Source: a virus
Length of the DNA: 64,000 nt
IMG/VR virus record: IMGVR_UViG_3300047564_003843
Coordinates: 64,001 to 128,000 of that record
Strand: one strand, 5' to 3'
Part shown: positions 23,031 to 35,500 of the stretch, piece after piece
How positions within the stretch are numbered: the first letter of the stretch is position 1
Layout of the letters: every line of letters begins with the position of its first letter
Made by a program: the position numbers and the translations under genes
The notes under the pieces: model-generated
The model's database searches: none
What the model was told of the DNA's origin: nothing
What the model saw: only the letters and a program-made list of their open reading frames with translations

Positions 23031-24923
23031 ATGGCAGCTATTGATTTCCCTAACTCACCTACCGTAGGAGATTTATTTACTTCAGGATCTCAAACTTGGC
23101 AGTGGGACGGTACCGCTTGGAACCTTGTAATTTCTCAAGTAGTAGGTCCAACTGGTCCAACGGGTGCGCAAGGAAGTGCTTCTAATGTAACTGGACCAAC
23201 AGGACCTACAGGAACAGTTCTTTTAGCTTCTGATACACCTCCAACAGGAGCATCTGCTGGTGATGCTTGGTTAAACACTGCTACAGGAAAAATTTATGTT
23301 TACTTTGATGATTACTGGGTAGAGTCTGCTTCAAGTCTTTCAGGTAGTGAAGGACCTACAGGTCCTACAGGACCTACTGGCCCAATCTCCACTGAATTAG
23401 GTCCTACAGGTCCTACTGGTGTTACTGGTGCTACAGGTCCACAAGGAAATACTGGCCCTACTGGTGCTAACGGTTTAGATGTAACTGGTCCAACTGGTCC
23501 ACAAGGTCCTACTGGTGTAGGAGGTCCTACAGGTGCAGAAGGTGAACGTGGACCTGTTGGTGCAACTGGTCCAATTGGTGCTACTGGTCCAACTGGTCCA
23601 GATGGAGAACTAGGTCCTACAGGACCTCAAGGTTTGCAAGGACCTCAAGGTATTACAGGTCCCCGTGGTTTTGCTGGCCCAACTGGTCCAGTTGGTGCTA
23701 CTGGTCCATCAGTAACTGGTCCTACAGGTGCGACAGGTGATGCTGGTCCAACAGGACCTGCTGGTGGACCTATTGGCCCTACTGGTGCTACTGGTCCTGC
23801 TGGTCCTACAGGAGCTGATGGTGCTGCAGGTCTTCGTGGTGCAACAGGTGCTACTGGTGCGACAGGAGCTGCCTCAACTGTTCAGGGACCAGTAGGTCCC
23901 GCTGGTCCAACAGGGCCTAAAGGTGATACAGGTGAACCTTCAACTGTTCCCGGTCCTCGGGGAGATACTGGTCCATCAGTAACTGGACCAAAAGGCGATA
24001 AAGGAGATACAGGCGATAGCTTTGCTGGAATCACTTCTACTAGCACATTATCTGTAAATCTTGGTTCTGAAAACTTTCTTGTTAATAAAACTGGCGCATA
24101 CTCTGTTGGAACACGTGCAAGATTAGCCAGCGCCACTTTCCCTCAAGATTATATGGAAGGTGTTATTACTGGAATTGTTGGAACTTCTGTCACAATGTTT
24201 GTTGACAAAATAAACGGTGATGGAAACACTTATTCAAGTTGGAATTTAGTTCTTGGTGCAGGAGAAATTGGACCTATTGGACCTACTGGTCCTCAGGGTG
24301 CATCAATTAAATTTAAAGGAACTGTTGCTCAGGATGTAAATCTTCCAGCTACTGGAAATCAAATTAACGATGCTTATGTAGTTTCTGCAACAGGTGATTT
24401 GTGGGTTTGGAATGGAACAGTGTGGCAAAACACTGGTCGAATTGTTGGACCTACTGGTTCTAAAGGTGATCAAGGAATTCAAGGACCTCAAGGAATTCAA
24501 GGACCGCAAGGAGATCCATCAACTGTTCCAGGTCCTCAAGGTGAGCAGGGACTTCAAGGAGTTCAAGGACCTCAAGGAATTCAAGGACCTACTGGCCCTG
24601 CATTCTTTAATTTAATTGGTCCTCAGTATCTATCTTCCGTAACACTAACTGCAAATGATGCTGCTTCTTTAGTTAAAGTAAACAGCTCAATTCCTTCAGT
24701 GGTAACAATTCCATCTGATGGTACTAGCGGATATACATTTGATACTGGAACTCAAATTGTTTTGACCCAGCTGGGAAGTGCAGTATTTAGTGTGACTGGT
24801 GCTGCGGGGGTAAGTGTTTTAAGTGAGGGAGGTCGCTACACAAGCAAACAACGTTACGCAGTGGCTTCTTTAATTAAACTTGGAGCTAACTCTTGGCTAC
24901 TAAGTGGAAACTTACAGGCATAA
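23031..24923 (+). CDS. Collagen-like fibre protein
   Basis: AIDFP N-terminal module, long G-X-Y runs, C-terminal ..[15 protein letters not shown] domain. Confidence 0.88.
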   Translation: MAAIDFPNSPTVGDLFTSGSQTWQWDGTAWNLVISQVVGPTGPTGAQGSASNVTGPTGPTGTVLLASDTPPTGASAGDAWLNTATGKIYVYFDDYWVESASSLSGSEGPTGPTGPTGPISTELGPTGPTGVTGATGPQGNTGPTGANGLDVTGPTGPQGPTGVGGPTGAEGERGPVGATGPIGATGPTGPDGELGPTGPQGLQGPQGITGPRGFAGPTGPVGATGPSVTGPTGATGDAGPTGPAGGPIGPTGATGPAGPTGADGAAGLRGATGATGATGAASTVQGPVGPAGPTGPKGDTGEPSTVPGPRGDTGPSVTGPKGDKGDTGDSFAGITSTSTLSVNLGSENFLVNKTGAYSVGTRARLASATFPQDYMEGVITGIVGTSVTMFVDKINGDGNTYSSWNLVLGAGEIGPIGPTGPQGASIKFKGTVAQDVNLPATGNQINDAYVVSATGDLWVWNGTVWQNTGRIVGPTGSKGDQGIQGPQGIQGPQGDPSTVPGPQGEQGLQGVQGPQGIQGPTGPAFFNLIGPQYLSSVTLTANDAASLVKVNSSIPSVVTIPSDGTSGYTFDTGTQIVLTQLGSAVFSVTGAAGVSVLSEGGRYTSKQRYAVASLIKLGANSWLLSGNLQA

Positions 24924-24924
24924 A

Positions 24925-25848
24925 ATGTTAATAGCCACTCATGCAATGCATGCAACTCTTCCAGTTGCTTTTTTACCTACGGTATGGACTTTAGTTCCTA
25001 ATAGTTCTTTTGGCACAACAAACATAAATGCAATTGCGACTGATGGTGCAGGACAATTTGTTGCGGCAGGTAGTTCTGGAAAATTAGCTACTTCTACTAA
25101 TATATCTACTACATGGACTCAAAGAGTTTCTGGGTTTTCTGGTAGCAATATTTATGCTGTTGCTTACGGAGATAGTCAATATGTTGTTGGTGGTAGCTCT
25201 GGAAAAATGGCTACCTCTCCAGATGGAATTACTTGGACATTACGAGCTTCATCTTTTGGCGCAAGCGCAATACTAGGTATTACATATGCAGCTTCTGCTG
25301 GATTATGGGTAGCAGTGGGTGGTTCAGGAAAATTAGCTACTTCCATAGATGGTATTGAGTGGACTCAAAGGCTTTCATCTTTTGGAACTACTTTTATTAA
25401 TGGTATTTACTCTGACTCAACAAAAATTGTTGCAGTTGGTTATGATGGAAAATTAGCAACTTCCACTAATGGCATTAGTTGGACACAACGAGGTTCTTCT
25501 TTTATCACAAGCACTATTTTTTCTGTTACAGGAAATCCTTCTGAAAGCAGATATGTAGCCGTTGGAGACTCTGGAAAAATTGCTACATCTGATAATGGTA
25601 TAAATTGGATACAAACATTCCCTGCCAGCACTTTTGGTTCTTCTCAGATTAGGTCAGTTACAGCAAATATTGAGAATTACTATTTAGCTGGAGGAACTGC
25701 AGGAAAGTTAGCAACTTCTACTGACTCAGTTGCTTGGGTTCAAAGAAATTCAGGTTTTAGCACATCAAACATAAATGATGTTTATTTAGATGATTCATTA
25801 GGAATTGCCGTTGGAAATAGCGGCAAGATTTCATATGCGGGGGGCTAA
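24925..25848 (+). CDS. Asp-box/BNR repeat beta-propeller protein (adhesin-like)
   Basis: About 7 repeats of VAVGxSGKxATSxDGxxWTQR. The ATG at 24925 follows the upstream stop. Confidence 0.75.
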   Translation: MLIATHAMHATLPVAFLPTVWTLVPNSSFGTTNINAIATDGAGQFVAAGSSGKLATSTNISTTWTQRVSGFSGSNIYAVAYGDSQYVVGGSSGKMATSPDGITWTLRASSFGASAILGITYAASAGLWVAVGGSGKLATSIDGIEWTQRLSSFGTTFINGIYSDSTKIVAVGYDGKLATSTNGISWTQRGSSFITSTIFSVTGNPSESRYVAVGDSGKIATSDNGINWIQTFPASTFGSSQIRSVTANIENYYLAGGTAGKLATSTDSVAWVQRNSGFSTSNINDVYLDDSLGIAVGNSGKISYAGG

Positions 25849-26025
25849 ATGTTTTCTTATATAATAATAAATAACAACCCAAGAGGACCACTAGTTCAAA
25901 TACTTTACGGAAGTAACGTTATTGACGAGTCAGGACCATGGGAGTCTTTAGAGTCAGCATCAACATGGGCAGAAGCCTATGTAAGTATGAAAAATGCTAA
26001 TCAGTCAGAACCACAAGTTGGCTAA
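25849..26025 (+). CDS. 58-aa hypothetical protein (not in ORF track)
   Basis: MFSYIIINNNPRGPLVQILYGSNVIDESGPWESLESASTWAEAYVSMKNANQSEPQVG; the ATG abuts the upstream TAA. Confidence 0.65.
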   Translation: MFSYIIINNNPRGPLVQILYGSNVIDESGPWESLESASTWAEAYVSMKNANQSEPQVG

Positions 26026-26074
26026 GAATTATCAAAGTAGAATAGACATTTGGACCAGAAAGGAGACAAGCTAA

Positions 26075-26725
26075 GTGGCAGCAATTGATTTTCCAACACC
26101 CGTAGTAGTTGGCGAAGAGTTCACCGCTGGTGGGCAAACTTGGATTTGGACTGGCGCTGTCTGGGAAGCTAAGCGTGTAACTCCAACTGGCCCTACAGGT
26201 CCACAAGGTATTCAAGGACCTACAGGTGGTGTAGGACCTACTGGTGCTACTGGCCCTACAGGTATTCAAGGACCTATAGGTCCCGTTTCAGATGTTGCTG
26301 GACCAATTGGTCCACAAGGCCCTACAGGTATTCAAGGACCTACAGGTCCACAAGGTTTACAGGGTTTACAAGGCCTTCGTGGCTTTACTGGACCAACTGG
26401 TGCTGATTCAAATGTTACTGGTCCTCAGGGTCCAACTGGTCCTCGTGGTGTAACTGGACCAACAGGTCCTACAGGAGCCCAGTCTGAAGTTCCAGGCCCT
26501 ACTGGACCAACTGGACCTGTTGGTAAGTTCACCGCTGGTCCAAGCCAGCCAGATTTATTGTCTGCAGTAAATGGTGATGCTTGGTTTGATACAAATACTG
26601 CAATTACTTATGTTTTTTACAATGGAGTGTTTGTTCAAACTCAAGGTGGCTCAACTGGCCCAGTGGGACCAACTGGTGCGCAAGGCTCTTTTGCAGCTAC
26701 ATATAGCTGGTGGTTAGGTACATAA
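26075..26725 (+). CDS. Short collagen-like linker/fibre protein
   Basis: AIDFP N-terminal module, G-X-Y run, GDAWFDT..YVFYNG module; AAGGAG RBS. Confidence 0.85.
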   Translation: MAAIDFPTPVVVGEEFTAGGQTWIWTGAVWEAKRVTPTGPTGPQGIQGPTGGVGPTGATGPTGIQGPIGPVSDVAGPIGPQGPTGIQGPTGPQGLQGLQGLRGFTGPTGADSNVTGPQGPTGPRGVTGPTGPTGAQSEVPGPTGPTGPVGKFTAGPSQPDLLSAVNGDAWFDTNTAITYVFYNGVFVQTQGGSTGPVGPTGAQGSFAATYSWWLGT

Positions 26726-26818
26726 AATGGAAAACACAAGCACTTTTTTCAAATCAAACTTTACTAGCGATGGTATTCTACTAGTAAATCTCGTGTGTGG
26801 TGAGAGAGGTATTAACTA

Positions 26819-29506
26819 ATGCCCGGCTTTTTAGGTGGCGGCTCAAGCTCGAGCAGCGGTACTGGCGGAGAGATTTCTTTCCCTAAAGAATTTATCGACC
26901 CTGTAACTAAGCTCCGTGTCTCTGAACCCCAGAACCTTATCGATACTGACTTTGAGTATGGACTTCAGCCTACCAAGTGGGAAACTGTTGAGCTTATTAA
27001 CAACACTCCTTCATTCTTTTCTAAGTCTGGCGATACCACCATCCCGAACATTGTTGCAATTACAACCAATGATGGAACCCGAGAAATTACCGTATCCACT
27101 GGCCTCCCACACGGGTTAGCGGTCGGTATCCCTATCAACGTAACTGGTACTAAGTCAATTACAGCTGATGGTGCGTACATCATCAACTCAATCCCTAACC
27201 CCAACACTTTTACATACCTATGTCGAGACATTCAGCTTGGTAACAATTCAATCGAGGATTTGTATTCTTCTGTAATTACAGGAGAGTTCTTCCAAGGCTC
27301 TCAGCTTCGACTTTCTGATGCTGCAGGTATTACAACCGACGGTGAAGCAATTTCTACTCTTACTGTTACAACAGGATCCACTCACGGATTTTATGTAGAT
27401 ACACCATTCTACTTCTTGAACCTAAACTCAACTATTTCACAGGAATTTCCTGCAAACAATAATGAAGCAAAATCTTTTGACGCTTCTAACTCAGCAACAG
27501 CTCAGACTTTTGATGGTTCAAATACTCTTTCTCAAATTAACATTGACTGGTCTAACTCTGCAACTGTTGCTGGTGTAACAAGCTCTGTAAATATGAGCGC
27601 AGCTAATCTTGCTAATAACACTATTACTGTTGCTCATGGAACAGAAAATTTTGCAAATATAGTAATTGGAACTCCTCTTTATTATGATGTAGTTTCTGGT
27701 GGAGGCTATTTTGCTGATAATCCTCGTGGAGTTGTTTTCTTAAAAACAAACACCACTCTTGGAACTTCTAGCTCAACATTCCAAGTTTCAACTCTTCCTG
27801 ATGGCGATCCAATTGCAATCCCAACTACAATGACTGGAACATTCCAGCTAGCTAATCAAGCTCGTACTTTTGCTGGAAATAACCAAAATGCTTCAACTGA
27901 AGTAACAGTTGAGATTGTTAAAGATACTCCTAAAGAGTTTGATGGTTCTAATACTTCAATTGAGATTGGTCAAGTTACTTCTTATAGTGGGTCTCTTGTT
28001 AACGTATCTTCTGCTCAAGCTGTACCTCTTAATTGGTACTTCGGAACTATGGTTTTCTATAGTACAACTGGAACAGCAGCTAACGGTCTTACAAACAACA
28101 CTACATATTTTATTGACTCATTCTTTAGCACTGGAACTTTAACCTATGCATTTACATTAAAACCAACTCCAACAGGTACAACAATTACTTCTCTTTCTGG
28201 TGGAACTGGAACACAAACATTTAAGCAAATTGGTATATCCCCAGATAAAAATATTTTCCATCTAAAAGATCATGGATATGCTCGTTTTGACATGGTTCGC
28301 TACGCCCCTCCTTCAGAAGAAGGAAGATTTACTGTAGTAGATGCTGCTCAAGTTAAAAACTTTTACTTCGTGGCGCAAGTTCTAGACACACATAATTTCA
28401 CTCTTAATCAAACAGTAGGAGAGTTAAGCCCTCAGACTATTTCAAGAAGTGGTTTTTCTCGATACGCAATTACACCAACAACTGTAACCCCTATCGGTAT
28501 GACTGCACCAATTACCTACACAGTTACAAGCGGAACTCTTCCATCAGGATTGTCTCTTAATCCTTCAACAGGTGTTGTTTCAGGAACTCCAACAGAAAAT
28601 ATTGCAGTTCCAGGTCGTATAGTTATTATCACTGGAACTGACGTAGATGGTATTTCTGCATTCCAAACTCACACATACCAGTTTGACCAACCACCTGCTT
28701 TGTATTCTTTCTCAAGCGTTACATTTACTCCAGGTGGTGCTGGTGGTTCTGGTGGTCCAAACGTTAGCCAAGCTCGTTCTGGTGCAGGAAACCCTTCATG
28801 GGGTAATACATATATCAACATGCCAGGTAACAATGGAACTATTGTATGGACTGTTCCAGAAGCAGCTACATATCGTGTAGAAGCATATGGTGCTGCAGGT
28901 GGTTGGGCATCTAACTGGGGTAACCGTGGTGGATATGGCGCACGCATGCGTGGAGATTTTGCATGGCAATTAGGCGATGAAATTAAAATTGTTGTTGGCC
29001 AAGCTGGTGGTGGTATGGGTGATAACGGCGGCGGTGGCGGCGGAAGCTACGTTGCTCGTCGTTCTGACAACCTTCCTTATCTTGTTGCTGGTGGTGGCGG
29101 TGGAGCATCTCCAGGTTGGTATGGATATGCAGATGCAACTACTGGTTGGTCTTCTCGCGGTTCCAACAACTGGGGTGGTGCCTCAGGAGGTAACGGCGGT
29201 AACGGTGATTCATTTGGTGGAGGCGGTGGCTTCTACGGTAACGGTGGAGGCTGGGCAGGTCCAGGTACTTCATTCGTAAATGGTGCTTACGGTGGAAACT
29301 ACTCAACTCACGGTGGATTTGGTGGCGGTGGCGCACCTCGCGGTTGGGCTGGAGGCGCTGGCGGTGGTGGTGGCTTCAATGGTGGTCCAGGTGCTTATTG
29401 GTCAGCTAATGGCGCTGGCGCTGGTTCTTACAATGTTGGAACAAATCAAAGCAGCTCAGAAGTTGCCAGCTCTGGTAACGGTCAAGTAAGTATTCAGAAA
29501 CTGTAG
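26819..29506 (+). CDS. Virion structural protein with an Ig-like domain and C-terminal glycine-rich domain
   Basis: HGL/HGF beta repeats, LPSGLSLNPSTGVVSGTP (He_PIG-like), YRVEAYGAAGG..VVGQ..GGGGGSYV. Confidence 0.75.
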   Translation: MPGFLGGGSSSSSGTGGEISFPKEFIDPVTKLRVSEPQNLIDTDFEYGLQPTKWETVELINNTPSFFSKSGDTTIPNIVAITTNDGTREITVSTGLPHGLAVGIPINVTGTKSITADGAYIINSIPNPNTFTYLCRDIQLGNNSIEDLYSSVITGEFFQGSQLRLSDAAGITTDGEAISTLTVTTGSTHGFYVDTPFYFLNLNSTISQEFPANNNEAKSFDASNSATAQTFDGSNTLSQINIDWSNSATVAGVTSSVNMSAANLANNTITVAHGTENFANIVIGTPLYYDVVSGGGYFADNPRGVVFLKTNTTLGTSSSTFQVSTLPDGDPIAIPTTMTGTFQLANQARTFAGNNQNASTEVTVEIVKDTPKEFDGSNTSIEIGQVTSYSGSLVNVSSAQAVPLNWYFGTMVFYSTTGTAANGLTNNTTYFIDSFFSTGTLTYAFTLKPTPTGTTITSLSGGTGTQTFKQIGISPDKNIFHLKDHGYARFDMVRYAPPSEEGRFTVVDAAQVKNFYFVAQVLDTHNFTLNQTVGELSPQTISRSGFSRYAITPTTVTPIGMTAPITYTVTSGTLPSGLSLNPSTGVVSGTPTENIAVPGRIVIITGTDVDGISAFQTHTYQFDQPPALYSFSSVTFTPGGAGGSGGPNVSQARSGAGNPSWGNTYINMPGNNGTIVWTVPEAATYRVEAYGAAGGWASNWGNRGGYGARMRGDFAWQLGDEIKIVVGQAGGGMGDNGGGGGGSYVARRSDNLPYLVAGGGGGASPGWYGYADATTGWSSRGSNNWGGASGGNGGNGDSFGGGGGFYGNGGGWAGPGTSFVNGAYGGNYSTHGGFGGGGAPRGWAGGAGGGGGFNGGPGAYWSANGAGAGSYNVGTNQSSSEVASSGNGQVSIQKL

Positions 29507-29519
29507 AAGGAGAGTATAA

Positions 29520-32500
29520 ATGCCTATTGATGTCACAGCTGCAGGTGCGGCAGGTACTCACACCTTTGCAAAAGTAAATGTTAATTTAGATGAAGATTTT
29601 ATTTACTTTAAAAATACAGCCCCTAACGTAATTCCAGCTGCTTTAGCTCCAGGAGTTGCATTTTTATACACCTCTGGTGTTGGTTCTGTAACTGGTTTTA
29701 CCGAAAATGGTCTTGTTTATGTTACTACTGCCGAGCCTAAAAAATTAAAATTTAGTACTACCTCTGGTGGTGCTGCAATTAACTTTACTGACAGTATGGC
29801 TGGTTCTATTAAGTTTAACACTCCAATTGTTTATGCAAATAAATTAAACCTTGATGCTTCTACTCCAACAAATCAAGCTGTTAAATATTTTACAAATGGA
29901 GAACCACTAACTGGTCTCACAAGTGGAGATACATACTTCCTAAAGAACGTATCTATTTCTGAGTTCGCTGGTTCTCAATCTCTTTATCCTTTTTCTTCTC
30001 ATACATTTACTACTTGTGGTTTAACTGGTAGAACAGGCCCTACTCAAACACAGATGCGTACTTCATACAGCACCACTTGGGACGACACTTATATTTCTCA
30101 AGGTGCGTTTGTTGGTTATCAAGACTGGACAGTCCCTGTTTCAGGTATTTATAGATTCAATGTACGCGGTGCTGCTGGTTATGATGGTACTGGTAGTGGA
30201 ACCCCAGGTCGTGGTGCAATAGTTGAAGCAGATATTGCATTGACTAAGGGTGAAGTAATTACAATAATTGTTGGACAACGCGGTGCAGCACCATCTTCAG
30301 GAACCCTATGGGGTGGCGGCGGAGGCGGTACATATGTTGTTCGTAAAACTGGTAACGAACCTTTGTTTGTTGCAGGTGGTGGTTCTGGAGAATCTAACAC
30401 TGGTCCCGGTCGTGACGGTGTTCTTACAAAACTAGGTGGAACTTCTACTAATAATCAACCAGCTGGTGGTACTTCTGGTTTTGGTGGTCGCGCTACAAAT
30501 CCAAATGGTTATTCAGCTGCTGGTGGAGGTTTCTTCTCTCGCGGTCAGAATGGATTTACTTTTGGTGGAGTCCCAGCAGCTCTTGGTGGCGGTTCTTTCC
30601 TAGATGGTTTAACAATGGGAACTAACACACTTGTTGGTGGTTACGGTGGATTTGGTGGTGGAGGTCAAGCTGACGGAAACCGTGTAGGTCAATCTGGTGG
30701 TGGCGGTGGCTACTCTGGTGGTGGCGGTGCTCGTTCTACAACTGCAAACCAATCTGGTGGTGGTGGTGGTTCATTTATTGCAACTACTTCTACAAATGTT
30801 AAAACATCAACAGGATTTTTTGATGGAGCTAACTCATTTAACGGCTCTCTAATTCAAAACTTAGCTTCATACAATACTGCAGAAGGTCAAGTAGCCGTTA
30901 CTTTGATATCTAGCTTTACCACTGGTAACACAATCCATCCTACAGCTCAAGATGCTGAAAATGGAACTAATGCTATTGCAGTAGAGCCAGCTGGTTCTTC
31001 ATATCACTCATTTGTACCAATTAACTTTGACGTTCAAAATGACCAAATTCATAGCGCTGCTCCACACACTCTAACAAATGGTGAAGCAGTACAAGTATCA
31101 TTTAATGCAACTCCACCTACTGGAATTCAAAATAATGGTATTTATTACATTAATACTGTAAACGCTTTTACTTATCGTTTAAGCACAACTCCTTCTCCTT
31201 CATTCACTAACATTAACTTAATTTCACCATCTTCTCGTGAAGTTGCTACAACCGCAAAACTCAGCCGCGTTGTTGTTAATACTGCTACTGATACTTTAAC
31301 TATTAATAACCATGGTTTCTTGGTTGATCAGCCGTTGAGATATCAGGTTGGTGACGGAACAGCAATCGCACCTCTTATTGACCAAGCTACTTACTATGTC
31401 GCTGAGGTTTTAAACGCTAACCAAATTCGTTTAAAGTCTTCTCTGAACTCTCCAACATATATTAACTTTACTTCTGCTGGAACTGGAACTGGTCATAGCT
31501 TTATCTTCTTGACTGTTAACGCTCTTGAAGACACTCTTTATATCCCTAACCATGGCCTTGTGTCTGGTCAAGCAATTCGTTATTCAAAAGGTTTGGTTGG
31601 AAACACAGTTATTCCTGGTTTGACAGATAACTTTACTTATTACATTGTTAAAGTTGACAACAGCATCGTGCGTTTAGCTACAAACAAGGCATTAACTGTT
31701 ATTGCAAACATTACAAACCAAGAACCATGGCCAGCAACTGGTACACACTCCTTGTTTATTACTTCTCTTGACTATGCAACTGAAACTATCACTCTACCAA
31801 GCCACGGGTTCTTGCAAGGCGAGCTTGTCGAGTATGACACTAAAGGTCAAGCAGCTGTTAATGGTTTAACTACTGCTACTCCATATTATGTAATTTTCGT
31901 AGATGGTGACAACATCAAGTTGGCAACTACTCCTGAAAATGCTGATGCAGGTACTGCAGTGAATTTAACTGATACACCTATTGGAGTTGGAAGACATACC
32001 TTACGTTCTCTAAGCAAGACTCCAGATGGAATTTACACGATTACATCTACACCTTCACCTCAAACATTTACTGTTGAGGCAGCTGGTAACGTTCCAATTA
32101 TTACAAAAGTATTTAACCCAAGAGGTGCTGTTGATCTTGAATTAAATACTTTCTTTATCCCATCACACGGATTTACTACTGGAACGGAAGTAACATACGA
32201 GCAAGGTGATGATGCTACTGATATTGGTGGTATAACTAACAATACTCAATATTATGTTGTTGCAATTAACCGAGACTATCTACGTCTCTCAACTTCAAAT
32301 GAAAATGCTGCTGCTGGTATTACTCTTAACATTACCGACTGGGGAACTGGTGTAGGTCACAAGTTAATTACAGACCAGATTAACGGTAACGTAACAGGTT
32401 CTGGAACAGTATCTGTTGTTTCGGGTTCTGTTCTTGTTAACGGTACAGGTACTGCGTTCTCCAAGATTCTAAAGGTGGGAGATCGTTTCCGTCTCTTCCC

Positions 32501-35500
32501 ACCTAACACCACAAAGCAACACGGCACACTTGTGTTTGCAGCAGGTGATGTAAATGCATCTACAAACTTAATTACAAAATCTCACACATTCACTACTGGA
32601 ACTCAAGTTGTGTTCTCAGCTGGTGGAGGTTCTGCTCCAGCACCTCTTGTTGAAGGAGCAACTTATTTTGTTCGCGCTGTGACAGCAGGAGCAACTATTT
32701 CTCTACACCCAACGTCAACAGATGCTACAAACAATACAAATATTGTTGACATAACAACTACAGGAACTGGAAGCAACTTCCAGCTTGCTGCAGTAATTAA
32801 AACTTTTGCTGATGCAGATGTTAATACAACAAACAACCGTATTGTTAAAACTCATAACTTTGCTACTGGCGATGTTGTTAAGTTTGCTACAAATGGTGGA
32901 GTGGCCCCAACTCCTTTGGTTGATGGTTACTACTACTATGTAAGAGCTGTATCAAATACTGAAATCACTCTTCACACTACTTTGAACGATGCTAACAACA
33001 ACCTTCAGGCTATTGACTTCAGCACACAAGGTACTGGAACAGGGTTCACTTTAACAAACACAATCCCTGTTGGACCAATTATTCGTAAGATTACTGCAAT
33101 TGGTTCTGATACACAGATTACTGTGGACCGTCCATATGCAAATGCATATAGCGCTGTTTCTTACTCTTACCCAACCTTCGTATATGTTCGCCCACAAGGT
33201 TACTCACTGCACCGTCCATTCGACGGTGGCGTTGAAATGTCGGTAGGTTCTAAGACATCATTTGGTCAGATTGTTCGTCAGACTCGTAAGTACTTCCGTT
33301 ATCAGTCAGGTAAGGGTATTCAGTCTTCTTGCGGTGTCAACTTCCAGCCTTCAATTGACCTTGAAAGTATGGTTCAATTTAGCTCTCTACAAGTTGAATG
33401 TAAGACTCGACGTCCACACGGACTTGTGTCAGGCTTGTTTATTGCTGTAAACGGTGCTGAAGATTCTTATGGAAACACAAGCACTGTATATAACGGAGAG
33501 TTCCAAGTTACTGTTGTTAACTTAACAACATTTAGATTTACCGCTTCCCAGCCAATTGTAGAAAATAGAGCTTATGGATTCCCTCAGTTCTATGTCCGCG
33601 AGTGGGAAAATGGTGCTGTACGTGAAGGTATGTTTGATTTCCAGAACGGTGCCTTCTTTGAGTTCGATGGAGAAGCAATTTACTGTGTTCGTCGTTCCTC
33701 TACACAACAGCTTGCTGGAACAGCATCTGCTTTGCAAGGTTCAGAGTTAATTTTTGGAAATAATACAGCGTTTCAAGCTCAACTTGCAGTAGGTGATTAC
33801 ATCGTTATGCGTGGTCAAAGCTATCGTATTGCAGAAATTGAGTCAGATACTCGTATGGCTGTTCGTCCAGAGTATAAAGGCTCTTCTGGAACAGAAAAAG
33901 AATTTAACCCACAAACTCAAGTTAATACAACAACTGACATAATTAGCATCATTGGACACGGTTTTTCAAATCGACTTCCAGTTGTATACAACTCAATTGA
34001 CGGTGAGCCAATTGGTGGAATGATTAACGGTCGAACTTACTATATTGACTTAATCAACAACAATACTTTTAAACTACTTGCTGACCCAGATGCAACAGTT
34101 AACGTAGATTTGTCTAGTACTGGAACAACTACAGTTCACTCATTTGTACCTGCTAAGTCAGGTATTGTTATGACTAAGACAGTAGATACAAGAGTTCCTC
34201 AAAGCCAGTGGAATATTGACATCTGCGATGGCTCTGGTCCAACTGGTTATAACCTTGATATCTCTCGTATTCAGATGGCCTACATTGACTACTCTTGGTA
34301 CGGTGCAGGTAAGATTCGTTTTGGATTTAAGACTGTAGACGGTCAGGTTCAATACGTTCACGAGTTTGTCCACAACAACAACTTATTTGAGTCATACTTC
34401 CGTTCTGGTAACTTGCCAGGTCGCTACGAAGTAGTCACCTATGAGAATCCAACTTACATCCCTTACTTGTTCCACTGGGGTACATCGGTCATCATGGATG
34501 GTCGATTTGATGATGACAACGCATACTTGTTCACTGGTTCAAGCCAGACACTAAATGTTCCAGGAACAACAGCAAAATCATTTGCTTCATCTGGTATCAA
34601 CCTAACAACTGACTTGTTTACTGTTCAAAGTCACGGTTTTTCTACTGGTGACACTCTACAGTTCCAGTCAATTGCAACTAATGGTTTCCCAGGCACTAAC
34701 TCTTTGAACCCAGCAACTCAGATTATTGGTTCAAATACTCGTGCAAACCTAACTAATGATTCGTTATATGGAGTTTTGGTTAACTCACCAAACTTTATTC
34801 ACTTGACTCCACCTAACGTAACAATTAGCCGTGGCACTGGATACGCTATTAATCCTCAGACTATTCAGAGCGCTCAGACTGGAACTACTGTAACTATCAC
34901 AACAACACAGCCACACGGTTTAACTACTGGTATGTATGCTGGTATCTACGGTTCTAGTCGTGTACCAAATGGTCCGTTCTATGTAACTAGAACAAGTGAC
35001 ACAGTGTTTACTTACACAGCAACTAACGTTGCTACCCCCGTGACTGCTGCTAATGATCCAAACATCATTATCTCTGAAGTTATTAACTTTACTTCACAAG
35101 GTAACACCCAGTACACCTACTTCTTGTATCCAAACGGCTCATTGAACAATACCTCTGGTCCTAACTACCAGCCATTGCTTTCAATCCGCCTCTCTCCTTC
35201 AGTATCTGAAGGTTTGACAGGTAAGCTTGGTGACCGAGATGTTCTTAACCGAATGCAGCTACGCCTACAAGAAATTGGTGTATCTACAACACAGCTTGTC
35301 GACGTTAAGGTTCTTTTGAATCCACGTTTGAACAACTTGAACTTCGTAGGTGTAGACTCACCTTCCTTGACTCAGATTGTTGAGCACACTGCTCAAGACA
35401 CTGTTTCAGGTGGAGTTCAGGTTTATAACTTCCGTGCCGCTGGTGGTGCTGCTGGTGCAGAAGATACAACCGTGGTAGATGTTTCAACATTGTTCGAGTT

